Below, one piece after another: positions 36,963 to 51,425 of a stretch of DNA of 64,000 nt (position 1 is its first letter; the number at the start of each line of letters is the position of its first letter). The DNA is from Moniliella sp. 'wahieum'. Its lineage: Eukaryota. A program made the translations under genes and the position numbers. The stretch lies in the NCBI GenBank assembly GCA_003971905.1, contig RSEE01000046.1:1-64000 (forward strand). Direction: 5' to 3'. The notes under the pieces are model-generated. The model searched no databases. It worked only from the letters and a program-made list of their open reading frames with translations, and was not told the origin of the DNA.

Positions 36963-37598
36963 TGCGCTGCGCGTGAGGCGCCATCGGGAACACGCTCGGC
37001 AGCATGTGGAAGGCGCTCAGCGCAATCATCTGGTGCTGCTGTCGCAAGATAGCCCAATGCTGATGCGAGAGTTGCAGATCACATGCAGATAACATGCGAC
37101 ATCACATCACAGCAACAGCGTGGCTGGCGCGCTCCAGCGTGGCGCATGCATGTTGCCACCCACGCTTATAGCTGACCAACCCACGCGTGACGCATGATGC
37201 GTGAGCGCGGACATGTCACAGCCAGGGCAGTAGGGTTGGCTCAATCGCGGAGATGCGCTGCTGGCGCGGGGGGCAGCGGGGCAGCCGGCAGCGCTGGGCC
37301 GCAGCAGCACCCAGATTCGATCGCGGACACTGCCGTCGTGCGGGCTGAGGCGCGGGGGCCGCCTGGGTTAATGCGTCATGTCCGCCCCCGCACGGGCGAG
37401 TCAGGCAGGGCCCACGCCCGCCCGCACGGAGGAAGTGCCCGCATGCGCCCCCCCTGTCGCGCCTGCACGCAACACCAACGGAGAAGAAATGTCCGGTGCG
37501 GAAAAGACGAGAAGACCCCCCCCAGGCGGTCCTTTTAACGCGCGCTCACAGCGTCTTCCCCCGTCTCCGCCACCTCCTCCGTCTCGCCTCCCCCCGCC

Positions 37599-39785
37599 AT
37601 GTCTGCCTTCATGCTCCGCAGGCGAGTCGCCGCCCAGGCCCACGCCCTTGCCGCCCCGCCTGCTGCCCTTGCGCTGGCCGCCCCCCGGCCTTGTCCTCCC
37701 CGGTCCTCGCTGCGCTCCGCCATGCCTCGGTCCGTCGCGCTTACTCGACGCCCTCCCAAAAGCCAGTGCCGTGGCTGCTGCTGCCTCCAACATCAAGTAC
37801 GTGTGCGCCCACCCTTCCTTCTTCCTTCTCCCTTGCGCTCTGGTACTGACTGACCCTTCTGTGTTATTGCGCTCTGGTGCAGTGAGTACACGCGGCCCAC
37901 CTGCCCCCTCGTTCCAAACCCCCGAGCCTACTCCGGAGCCATCACGAGCCGAGGAGGAGCAGCTGGACCACTCCTTTGTCGGCATGACGGGTGGCCAGAT
38001 CTTTCACGAGATGATGATGCGCCACGGTGTCAAGCACATGTTTGGCTATCCCGGTGGGGCGGCCTTGCCTGTGTTTAGTGCGATCCACAAGTCGCCGCAC
38101 TTTGACTTTATCCTGCCCCGGCGCGAGGACGGTGCGGGCCACATGGCCGAGGGCTACGCTCGTGTGTCGGGCAAGCCCGGTGTGGTTTGGTTACCTCGGG
38201 TCCGGGCGCGACGAATGTGGTGACGCCGATGCAAGATGCGCTGTCGGATGGGCTTCCGCTGGTTGTGTTCTGTGGCCAGGTGGCGACGAGTGCGATTGGC
38301 TCGGATGCGTTCCAAGAAGCCGACATGGTTGGCATCTCGCGCTCCTGCACCAAGTGGAACGTGATGGTCAAGAGCGTGGACGAGTTGCCGCGTCGGATCA
38401 ACGAAGCGTTCAAGATTGCCACCTCGGGTCGCCCTGGTCCGGTGCTGGTCGACTTGCCCAAGGACATTACCGCAGGTGTGTTGCAGCACCCGTTGCCCTT
38501 TTCCAGCACCCGCCCCAACGAGGCGGCGCTTCCTTCCCGCGCCACGGCCGTGCGCCGTGCCGCCGTTCCCGCCCCCACCACCTCGGCCCCGTCTTGTCCT
38601 CGCCCATTTCCGAGGCAGCGCGTCTGATAACCAGGCCAAGCGGCCTGTCATTTACGCTGGCGCGGGCATCCTCTCCTCGCCCGAGGGACCGAAGCTGCTC
38701 GCTCAGCTTGCCGAGACGGCGAGCATCCCCGTCACCACCACCCTCCAGGGCTTGGGTGCGTTCCCCGAGACGAACGAGCTGTCGCTTCATATGCTTGGCA
38801 TGCACGGTTCGCGTATGCCAATTTGGCCATGCAAGAGGCGGATGTGATTATTGCGCTGGGCGCTCGGTTTGATGACCGTGTGACGGGGCGGGTGGATGAG
38901 TTTGCGCCCGTGGCGCGCAAGGCGGCGCTCGAGGGCCGCGGCGGCATTATTCACTTTGAGATTATGCCGAAAAACATCAACAAGGTGGTGCAGGCACGTG
39001 TGCGATTGAGGGAGATGTGGTGAAGAATTTGGGAGCCATGTTGCCCCAGGTGAAGGCCGTGCCCAAATCCGATCGCCAGCAGTGGCTCGAGGCAATTCAG
39101 TCGTGGAAGGAGAGGTATCCGTTTACGTTTACGCCTTCGGACCCGGCCAAGGGGGAGATGCTCAAGCCGCAAGAGGTGATTACTGCGCTCGATGCGGCGG
39201 TGACCAAGGCGGGCCGTAAGGCGGACACGATCTTGCCACGGGGGTCGGGCAACATCAAATGTGGGCGTGCCAGTTTTACCGATGGACCGACCCGCATACG
39301 TGGGTTCCTCGGGCGGCCTGGGCACGATGGGCTTGGTGTGCCCTCGTCGATTGGTGCCAAGGTGGCGTCGCCCGAAAAGACGGTGGTGGACATTGATGGC
39401 GATGCCTCCTTCTCCATGACGGCCATGGAGCTCGCCACGGCAGCGAGTTTGGGATTGGGTCAAGGTGCTGGTGCTGAACAATGAGTTTCAAGGAATGGTG
39501 TTGCAATGGCAAGATTTGTTCTACAATGCCGAGTATGCGCACACCAAGATGACCAACCCCGACTTTGTCAAGCTGGCCGAGGCGATGGGCATCAAGGCGC
39601 TGCGGGTGGACAATGCGGCGGACTTGCCAGCCAAGATGGAGGAGTTCCTCAACTACCCTAACGACAAGCCCATCTTTATGGAGGCGCGCGTGACGCGCAA
39701 CGAGCACGTGTTCCCCATGGTCGCGGCGGGCAAGGCGTTGAATGAGTTTATCGTGCACGAGTCGCTGCGGGAAAAGAGCTCGTGA
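37599..39785 (+). CDS. ILV2: Acetolactate synthase catalytic subunit, mitochondrial
   Basis: Arg-rich presequence; [89 protein letters not shown]. Intron 37797-37882. Confidence 0.97.
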
Positions 39786-40568
39786 GGCGACGGAACCATG
39801 GTCATGCTGCTGCTGCTTTGCCTCCTCTGGGCTAGTGGGCGCACGGGATCGCATTTTGTTGGCCGTGATGGCTGCACTCTACTCTAGCTTTGCACCTTTA
39901 TGTTATGTATACCGCATGTTCCCTTATTGGCCTTTTTTCCTGTCTCGCTCTCCGTCTTGCTCCCTGTTTGCTTCCTGTTTGCTCCCTGTTTGCTCGTTCG
40001 ATGGCGGCGGACGAGTAGCACTGCTCGATCTGGCCAACGAGCGGATCAGGTCGCCCCAAAACTGAAATGAAACGCTCTGTCGTCGAAGGATGTTGTGGTG
40101 TAGACGACGTAGATGGGGAGGCAGAGGAGTCGGACGGCAGCCGGCAGAGGCCGTGTAGAAGCCACAGCAAGCCAACGGGAAGGGAATGTTGATTGATCGG
40201 CACATGTGGGGTGGCTGTGTCGGTGCTGTGATGTGCGCGTTTGGTTGGCGATGCGTGGGGGATGCGGTGCTGTAGCGAGGGCACGTGAGGCGCGTCGGAG
40301 TCCCGCGGTTGGGGGTGGCGCGGGCTGGGCGTGGCGATGGATATAGGACAGGCGATAAGATGAAACGCTGCAGGGCTCAAGCGGCATCGGGTACGGGGGC
40401 AGTGTCTGCGGTGGTCGTGACGCGTGACGCGTGACGCTGGAACTGCTGCGCCGACAGCAACACAACACCTGTCCCCGTCGATTGCGCAGCTTAAAAAGCA
40501 GGCTTATCGGCGCCTCTCCTGCCCCATCCCATCTCCTCCCATCCCATCTCCCCCCCAACACCACCCCC

Positions 40569-42767
<2,199 letters not shown>

Positions 42768-43494
42768 CGTCCCTTGTCTTTCCGAATGTGGTCTTCCCTC
42801 TTTGTCCTTCTCTCTATCCTCCCCTCTGCTTCCTTTCTTCCCCTCCATTTGCATACCCCCCGTGGTTCTTACTTTCCGTGAATCGCCACCAACGCTAAGA
42901 TCCATGGTTGTGCCCACTCGAGGCTGTGCGCCTTCATTTTCATCCTCCAATTCGTACATGGTCTATGTTATCTCCCGGAGCGTTCATGTAATGAAGAGCT
43001 TTTGCAGATAGAACCAAGTGGGTGGGGCGGCAGGTGTGTCTCTCTGTTCACTATACCCAGCTAGGCAGCTACAATAGGCGCAGAAATGCCAGATATAGAG
43101 AGTGAATCGACAGTATAACTGCAGCTCCTCTATCCTCTTATCCTTCCGTCCACTTCCACGGAACACCTCACCCGCATTTGACCGCGGGGCGAACCGATTG
43201 ATCGAGCAACTGTATGTTGAACGAGAGAGACAAGATGCATCTATTAACCCCACCACGCACAGAAGAGGGGGTTGAGTCTTTCCCCTCCGACCCCATATTC
43301 CCCCTTCACCATTAGCATACTATCACACACAACTGGCAGCCAGTCTTGCGCCTACTGCGTCCAACAAACGAGTTCTACACCAACGAAAAACAACCGGGGT
43401 TCAAACAGGGGCTTAACACAACTCATCCCCTGAAGTGGGACCCATGCTTGAAGGCAAGCATGGGGCGAACGAAATGGAAAGAGAGGGGGAGGGG

Positions 43495-44331
43495 TTACTC
43501 TTTGCTTGTCGTCGGTTCGCCTTGGACTCTTCCTTAGCTGGTTCGGTAGCTTCCTCCTTGGTCTCCTCCTTGGGTTGTTCCTTGGGCGCCTCCTTGCTCT
43601 CCTTCTCGATCGGCTCCAGTGTCTCGCCCTTCTGAGCTTTCTCGAAAGCAGCTTTGAACGCTTGGGCGTCTGGGGGGAGCAGAGTCAGTACAATACAAGT
43701 CACCAACAACGCGCAAGCACGTACTCTCGGCATTGGCAAAGCGGATGGCCAGCGTCTCGGCTTGCGGCTCGCCGTCCGACACATCGGCAGCCACATTGTA
43801 CACCCACGACCGGTCCGAAGACACATTGGGCTTGAGCTCAATGTCGGACGTGACTGGCGAGAGGGGGTAGGTATAGGCACGTCAGAATCCAAACGGCATG
43901 CGGGGGGAAAAGGGGAAAACGTACTGTAGTGGTTCGCGCACACCTTGAGCGTCTTGTCCCGGCGCATCACAACACGCACCTTGTTGGACTCTTTGTGTTG
44001 GAGCAGGCGCACATCCCCGGTCCCACGCTCTTTCCACTGCTTGCCCTCGGGGTCGAAGCGGAAAAGCTTGGCACGGCTGGGGCATGAACACGAGAGGGAC
44101 AAAGGGGGAGAGGTCAGTGTCAGTGGTCAGCCGCCATGCCAGGACATGCGCCCAACTCAAAGGAACAGCAATGCTCACATCTTGAAAACGACATTCTCAT
44201 CCTCTTCGAACGTCTTGGTCTCCACCTGCTTCTCAAGCTTGATCACCGGCTCGTAATGGGGGGTCATTCTCCTCGCCGGGATCGTTGCCAGTGGAGGCAA
44301 GCGGGTCGTTCTTGGGCTCCGTCGCAGACAT
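43495..44331 (-). CDS. YRB1: Ran-binding protein 1 (RanBD)
   Basis: [68 protein letters not shown]. Introns 44077-44178, 43854-43924, 43670-43724. Confidence 0.96.
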
Positions 44332-44711
44332 GGCGGACACGTCGGGGCAGCGGCAGGGGAGGGGAGGGGAGGTGGAGGGGGCGGCGCAGGCGAGCAGGAC
44401 AGAGCGGCCCGAGCGGATCGAACACAATGGATGATGTTGACCGGTGATGGTTCCATTCCGCGGGACGGTGTCACGTGAGGTAGCCGTTTCCGCTGGCTAC
44501 CCAGTGGGAGCACGTGCCCGGGTTAAGGTGCGCCGCAGGTGGGTTGCAGACGGCCGGCCGGAGGGATGCACCAGCGGCTGACGGGCGTCTGGCGTGTGGC
44601 CCAAACGCGAAGAAGAGCGTGGCCATCGTCTGCGACGCTCGGCTGGCCATCGGGGGCTTGCGTTTGCCGCCGCCTGTGCTCTCCGCCTCCGCCTCCGCCT
44701 TGCCACCACCC

Positions 44712-47700
44712 ATGGTCGGCCCCGCCGGCCCGCCACCGGGCTTTTCCGGCCCACCGCCTGGCTTCCCGGCGCCTCCGCCCGCCCCGGGCGAGCTTCCGCA
44801 CCTGGACCAGGCCACCCTGGCGTCCAAGTCGCGCAAGTGGAAGCAGTAGCAGTCTCTCCGCTTTGGCGACCGCAAGGGTAAGACTGCATTTGTCGATCCG
44901 GGCAAGCAAGAGATGCCGCCCGAACACGTGCGCAAGATCATCAAGGACCATGGCGACACGAGCGACAAGAAGTACAAGACCGACAAGCGCGTCTACCTTG
45001 GCGCACTCAAGTACGTGCCTCATGCCATATTCATCGCAAGAATCTGCACTATCTCCACCTTGATTACAATATGAACCTCAAGCCGGTCGAGACGCTAACG
45101 ACCAAGGAGCGCAAGAAAAGTCGCTTTGGGAATGCCTTCCATCTGATCCGTGAGATTGCCCGCTTGGTCAAGATGGTAGTCGATGCCTTTGTCCAACACC
45201 GCTTGGGCAACATTGACGCGTTTCAATTGGCCGATGGCCTGCAGTACCTGTTCAACCATGTGGGACAGCTGACGGGCATGTACAGGTACAAGTACAAGGT
45301 GATGCGTCAAATTCGTGCCTGCAAAGACCTCAAGCACGTCATTTACTACCGCTTCAATTTGGGTCCTGTGGGTAAGGGCCCCGGTGTTGGCTTTTGGGCA
45401 CCGAGTTGGCGTGTGTGGATGGCGCTGCTGCGTGGGCTAACGCCGCTGCTGGAGCGATGGCTGAGCAACTTGCTCTCGCGCCAGTTCGAAGGGCGAGACA
45501 ATCGCAACAAGTCCATCACCTTGACCAAGCAACGTGTCGAGTCTCACTTTGACCTCGAACTGCGTGCGGCTGTGCTTCATGACATTCTTGATATGATGCC
45601 GGAGAACATCCGTCGGAGCAAGTCCAAGACGATTATGGCCCACATGACAGAAGCGTTCCGTTGCTGGAAGGCCAACATCCCATGGAGGGTGCCGGGTATG
45701 CCCGCTCCAATCGAGAACCTCATTCTGCGTTACGTCAAGTCCAAGGCCGACTGGTGGACCTCAGTGGCGCACTACAACCGTGAACGTATCCGCCGTGGTG
45801 CAATGGTGGACAAGACGGTGGCGCGTAAGAACCCGGGGCGACTCACTCGCTTGTACCTTAAGGCCGAACAGGAGCGACAGAATGCGTATCTCAAGGACGG
45901 TCCCTACCTCACTTCGGAGGCAGCTGTGGCTATTTACACATCGACAGTGCACTGGCTCGAGTCGCGGCGCTTCCAGCCGATCCCCTCTCCCTCGCTCAAC
46001 TTTAAGCACGACTCGAAGATTTTGGTACTGGCGCTGGAGCGATTCAAGGAGCAGTACAGCGTCAAGGGCCGGCTCAACCAGCAACAGCGGGAGGAGTTGG
46101 CCCTGATCGAGCAAGCGTTTGACGAGCCGACGGTGACCCTGGCGCGCATTAAGCGTCTGATGCTGACGCAACGCGCGTTCAAGGAGGCCTCGATGGAGTT
46201 TTTCGACACATATGAGAAGCTTATCCCCTGCTTTGATATTGAGCCGATTGAAAAGATCACCGATGCGTACTTGGACCAGTACCTGTCGTACGAGGCCACC
46301 CGTCGTGATCTCTTTCCAGCCTGGATTAAACTGTCGGACACAGAACCGGCGCCACTGCTGGTGTACAAGTGGTGCAACGGGATTAACAACCGACGTATGG
46401 GAGACAAAGGATGGCGAATGCGCCGTCATGATGGAGACGAACTCTGAGCCGAGTGTACGAGAAGATCGACCTTACCCTTCTCAACAGGTTGCTGCGCCTG
46501 ATCATGGACCACAACTTGGCCGACTACATCACCTCGAAGAATAACATCACAATTGTCTGGAAGGACATGTCCCACGTGAACCAGTACGGCCTAATCCGCG
46601 GCCTTCAGTTCTCGGCATTTGTCTTCCAGTACTATGGCTTGATTCTCGACCTTCTCGTCCTTGGCCTCTCGCGCGCGACAGAGATGGCGGGGCAGCCGCA
46701 AATGCCCAATGGATTCCTTCAGTTTAGCGACAAGGAGACCGAAACCCGTTACCCCATCCGTCTCTATTCCCGGTACATTGACCGAATCCACATGATGTTC
46801 CGATTCAGTGCCGACGAGTCTCGCGACTTGATCCAGCGCTATCTCAGCGCCAACCCAGATCCGAACAACTCGGGCATGGTCGGCTTCAACAGCAAGAAGT
46901 GTTGGCCCGGGACGCTCGTATGCGACTGGTCGAGCACGATGTCAACCTGTCTCGCGCCGTGTTTTGGGACATTAAGAACCGCATTCCTTGCGCTCTGACT
47001 ACGATCGAGTGGGATGACACCTTTGTCAGTGTGTATAGCAAGGACAACCCCAACTTGCTTTTCTCGATGCTTGGGTTTGAGGTGCGGATCTTGCCGAAGG
47101 TTCGGGCAAGCGAGACGCAGGACACACGCGTGATGGGGTCTGGTCGTTGGTACAGGCTTCCTCGGGCGAGCGGACTTCCCAAGCTCACATCCGCGTTTCA
47201 GACGCCGGAGTGTTGCATTTTAACAACCGCATTCGCCAAGTCCTGATGTCAGCCGGTGCGACAACCTTCTCCAAAATCATCAATAAGTGGAACACGACAC
47301 TGTAAGTTTGCTTGTCTCTGACGTATTCTGACCGCAGGACTGACATGTGCCTCCTTTTCTTCAGCATTGGGTTGATGACATACTATCGTGAGGCGGTTGT
47401 GTATACCGAATCGTTGCTTGATTTGCTTGTTAAGGCGGAGAACAAGGTGCAAACCGGAGTCAAGATTGGGCTCAACTCCAAAATGCCTTCTCGTTTTCCC
47501 CCATGCGTCTTCTACTCGCCCAAGGAGATTGGCGGGTTGGGGCAGCTGTCAATGGGCCACGTTTTGATTCCGGCTAGCGACCTTCGGTGGAGCAAGCAAA
47601 CCACCACGGGCATCACGCATTTCCGCTCCGGTCTGTCATCCCAAGAGGATAACTTGATCCCCAATTTGTACCGGTACATCCAGCCGTGGGAAGCTGAGTT

Positions 47701-48091
47701 TATTGACTCTGCCCGAGTGTGGCAAGAGTACGCTCAAAAACGGCAAGAAGCGACTGCCCAGAATCGCCGTCTCACGCTAGAAGATCTGGAAGACAGTTGG
47801 AGTTGAGGTGTCCCAAGGATTAACACCCTCTTCCAGAAGGACCGCACCATCCTCTCCTATGACAAATTTTGGCGGGTGCGGCACGAATTCAAGCAGTACC
47901 AAGTGCTGAGGTACAACACCTTCTGGTGGACCGACCAGCGGCACGATTGCAAGCTTTGGCAACTCAACAACTACCGTGTTGACGTGATTGCCGCCCTTGG
48001 TGATATTGAGACTATCTTGGAGCACACACTCTTCCCTGTCACGGGCTTCCCCTCTTGGGAGGGTCTTTTCTGGGAGAAGGCGTCGGGCTTT

Positions 48092-48129
<38 letters not shown>

Positions 48130-50659
48130 TCGCTCGGGTCTGTCGCAGATTCCCAACCGTCGCTTCACTCTCTGGTGGTCTCCCACGATCAACCGTGCCA
48201 ACGTCTATGTTGGCTTCCAGGTCCAGCCGGACTTGACGGACATCTTTATGCATGGTAAGCTGCCCACGCTCAAGATCTCTTACATCTCCATCTTCCGTGC
48301 CCATTTATGGCAAAAGATCCACGAGGCAGTGACGATCGACTTGGCCCAGGTATTTGATCAAGAGATGGAAGCGCTCCAGATGAGACTGTGCAGAAGGAGA
48401 CCATTCATCCGCGCAAATCGTACCGCATGAATGCTTCGTGCGCCGACCTGCTCATCTTTGCCAGTTACAAGTGGCCTGTTAGCAAGCCCTTCCTCTTGTC
48501 CGAGGCGCGAGACGAGTTGACTGGCGCGAGCGCCAACAAGTGGTGGATCGATGTCCAACTTCGTTGGGGCGACTTTGATTCGCATGACATTGAGCGTTAC
48601 GTGCGTGCCAAGTTCCTGGACTACACCAGTGATGCGACCACCTCCATTTACCCTTCGGCCACGGGCGCGTTAATTGGAATTGACTTGGCGTACAATCAAC
48701 ACTCTGCGTACGTCAATTGGTTCCCGGGGAGCAAACCCCTCGTTGCTCAAGCCATGACCAAGATCATGAAAGTCAATCCGGCTCTGTACCTTCTTCGGGA
48801 GCGTCTGCGAAAGAGCTTGCAGCTTTACAGCTCCGAGGCCACCGAGCCCTACCTCAACTCGGGCAATTACGCCGAACTATTCAGCAACCAGGTCATCTGG
48901 ATGGTGGACGATTCGGGCGTGTACGCTGTTGCGATTCATCGCACGTTTGAGGGCAATTTGGTCACCAAGCCGATCAACGGTGCTGTGCTCATCTTCAATC
49001 CTCGTACGGGTCAACTCTTCCTTAAAATCATCCACACCTCAGTTTGGGCAGGGCAGAAGCGTCTAAGCCAGTTGGCCAAGTGGAAGACGGCCGAAGAGGT
49101 GGCTGCACTGGTCCGTTCTTTGCCCATTGAAGAACAGCCCAAGCAGGTGATTGTCACACGCAAGGGGATGCTTGACCCCCTCGAAGTCCATCTGGTCGAC
49201 TTCCCCAACATTGTGATCAAGGGCTCGAAACCTCAGCTGCCTCTCAAGGCGATCATGGAGCTGGAAAAGATCCGGAACATGATCCTACGAGCGACCCAAC
49301 CGCAGATGGTTCTTTTCAACTTGTACGACGATTGGCTCTCCCGCATCTCGCCCTACACTGCTTTCTCCCGCCCGATCCTCATCTCCGTGCACTGCACGTT
49401 AACCAGGAGAAAACCAAGATCATCCTTCGTCCCAACGTCCAGACCGTGACCGAGTCCCACCATCTATGGCCCAGCTTGTCCGATGAGGAGTGGATGAAGG
49501 TGGAAGTGGAGCTCCGCGACCTGATCCTGCACGATTATAGCAAGCGCAACTCGGTTAACGTGTCGTCGCTGACCAACTCGGAGATTCGGGACATCATCTT
49601 GGGTACGTTTTCTTTCCTCCTTGTGGCTAATAATACGATGGAATGCTGACAGCCAACACTTCTGCTCAGGTATGGAGATCCAGGCTCCTTCGGTTCAACG
49701 GCAGCAGATGGCCGAGATGGAGAAGAACGCCCAAGCCGGTTCGCAAGTGACCGCAACGCAGACAAAGACACACAATGTGCATGGCGAGGAGATCCAAGTG
49801 GTCACTACAACGCTGTACGAAAACCAGGTGTTCAGCTCCAAGTCCGATTGGCGAATTCGCGCTCTGTCATCGGCCAGCCTCCCCTCCGGACGCAGCACAT
49901 CTACGTCTCGAACGACGAGGCCAAGGAAGATGCCGGGACGCTGACCTATGTGATGCCCAAGAACATCCTCAAGACATTTATTGTCAACTCGGATTTGCGC
50001 ACCCAGGTGGCTGGCTTACTCTATGGCCTCTCCCCGCCCGATGCGCCGGCAGTAAAGGAGATCAAGGCGATCGTCTGGGTCCTTCAGAGGGGCACCACTA
50101 CCAGCGTTGAACTTCCCAACGATCTGCCGCAGCACGACTTTGTTCTCAAAGACTTGGAACCGCTCGGCTGGATTCATACCCAGGCCCAAGACCTGCCCCA
50201 CATGCCGCCCGTCGACTTGGTCACCCACAGCCGGATGATGGCCAACCATATGCCGAGTGGACAGCATCAACCATTTGCGTCTTCACCGCCACGTTCACAC
50301 CCGGCTCGGTCTCGTTGACTGCCTACCAGCCCACTGTGGCCGGGTTCGAGTGGGGCCGCAAAGCCAACCCGACCGAGGTGATCGCGGGGAACCTTGGTGG
50401 TTTCCAACCCAGTATGGCAGACAAGGTACAGCTGCTGCTCTCGGACCGCATACTTGGCGCTACCTTGACGCTCACGTCCGGCGCATGGAACTACGGGCTG
50501 TCACTGTCGGCGCAGTGAACTGCGACGCTAAAGTATGCCCTCACCCTCGATCGCCCCGCCGCGTTCTGGGACGAGATCCACCGCCCTCAAAATTTCTTGT
50601 CCTTTGCCGTCAATGAGGGCGAAGATGACATGGCGGATATTGAGGATTAGTTTGCCTAA
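44712..50659 (+). pseudogene. PRP8: PRP8 (U5 snRNP core spliceosomal protein), apparently decayed copy
   Basis: Unambiguous Prp8 motifs throughout ([88 protein letters not shown]). In-frame stops at 44847, 47804, 50516, 50648 and a large N-terminal deletion near 45028. Introns 47302-47364 and 49603-49669. Confidence 0.85.
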
Positions 50660-51425
50660 GGTCGTCCCTTGGTTGTCGCGACGCACTGTCCATTTCACCG
50701 CGAACCGGTTGCCAAGATCCGATTCGCCCCCGCCGGCGCATGCGCCCTACTATATATGGCAACTGGATCAATTCGTTCGTCGTGTGCGTGAAACTGTGCA
50801 TTAGTAGTCATATAGACCAGAGATCAGGTGGCTGCACTGCAGCCATCCCACAGAGCAAAGCCACCAAGACAACGATCCGTGGTGCGACTGTGGGTGGTCC
50901 AACAAGATCACAAGAGAGAAGAGGTGCAAGGTGCAGAACAAAGGATTGAACGTTGAACCTTGAGCTCAAGGCAAGCCGTCACTCGCGGGTGAACGATGCA
51001 GTGGCAGTGGCGGGAGAGGATGAGTACAAAAGGAACATGGGAGTCTCGTGGCTACCACCCGTTGCAGACAACACGGAACTGATCACGGCAGACTATCCGG
51101 TGAGTGGGTGTACTATGGATCGGAATCGTTTATGGTATGGTCGGAAAAGTCCAGTCCCCAGAACGTGTACCAGGGATGCATCGATTGATAGGGCCCTCTG
51201 GGCTCGGCATGATATAGCCAACTAAAGGAAAGGGCAGAAGATGACAGCGAGCCCACCAGACCAGAGGGCAAACAAGACACCGATCCGTCATGCGATACGA
51301 TCATGCAAATGACCCTTTCAGGAAGCCCGGGAGGGGAGGGGGGGGGAGGGGTGTCAGGTGCAGGGAGAGCAGAGTGTAGATCGGATGGAACAAGGAAGGG
51401 AATACACCAGACTGAGAGACGATAG

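Noticed and set aside
48068..48100. PRP8 intein
   Set aside because: The known insertion site [11 protein letters not shown] is contiguous; no intein is present
44847..50650. Rescue of PRP8 stops by A-to-I editing or readthrough
   Set aside because: TAG/TGA>TGG could fit some sites but not the expected Arg at 47804, and it cannot explain the large deletion or the many radical missense changes
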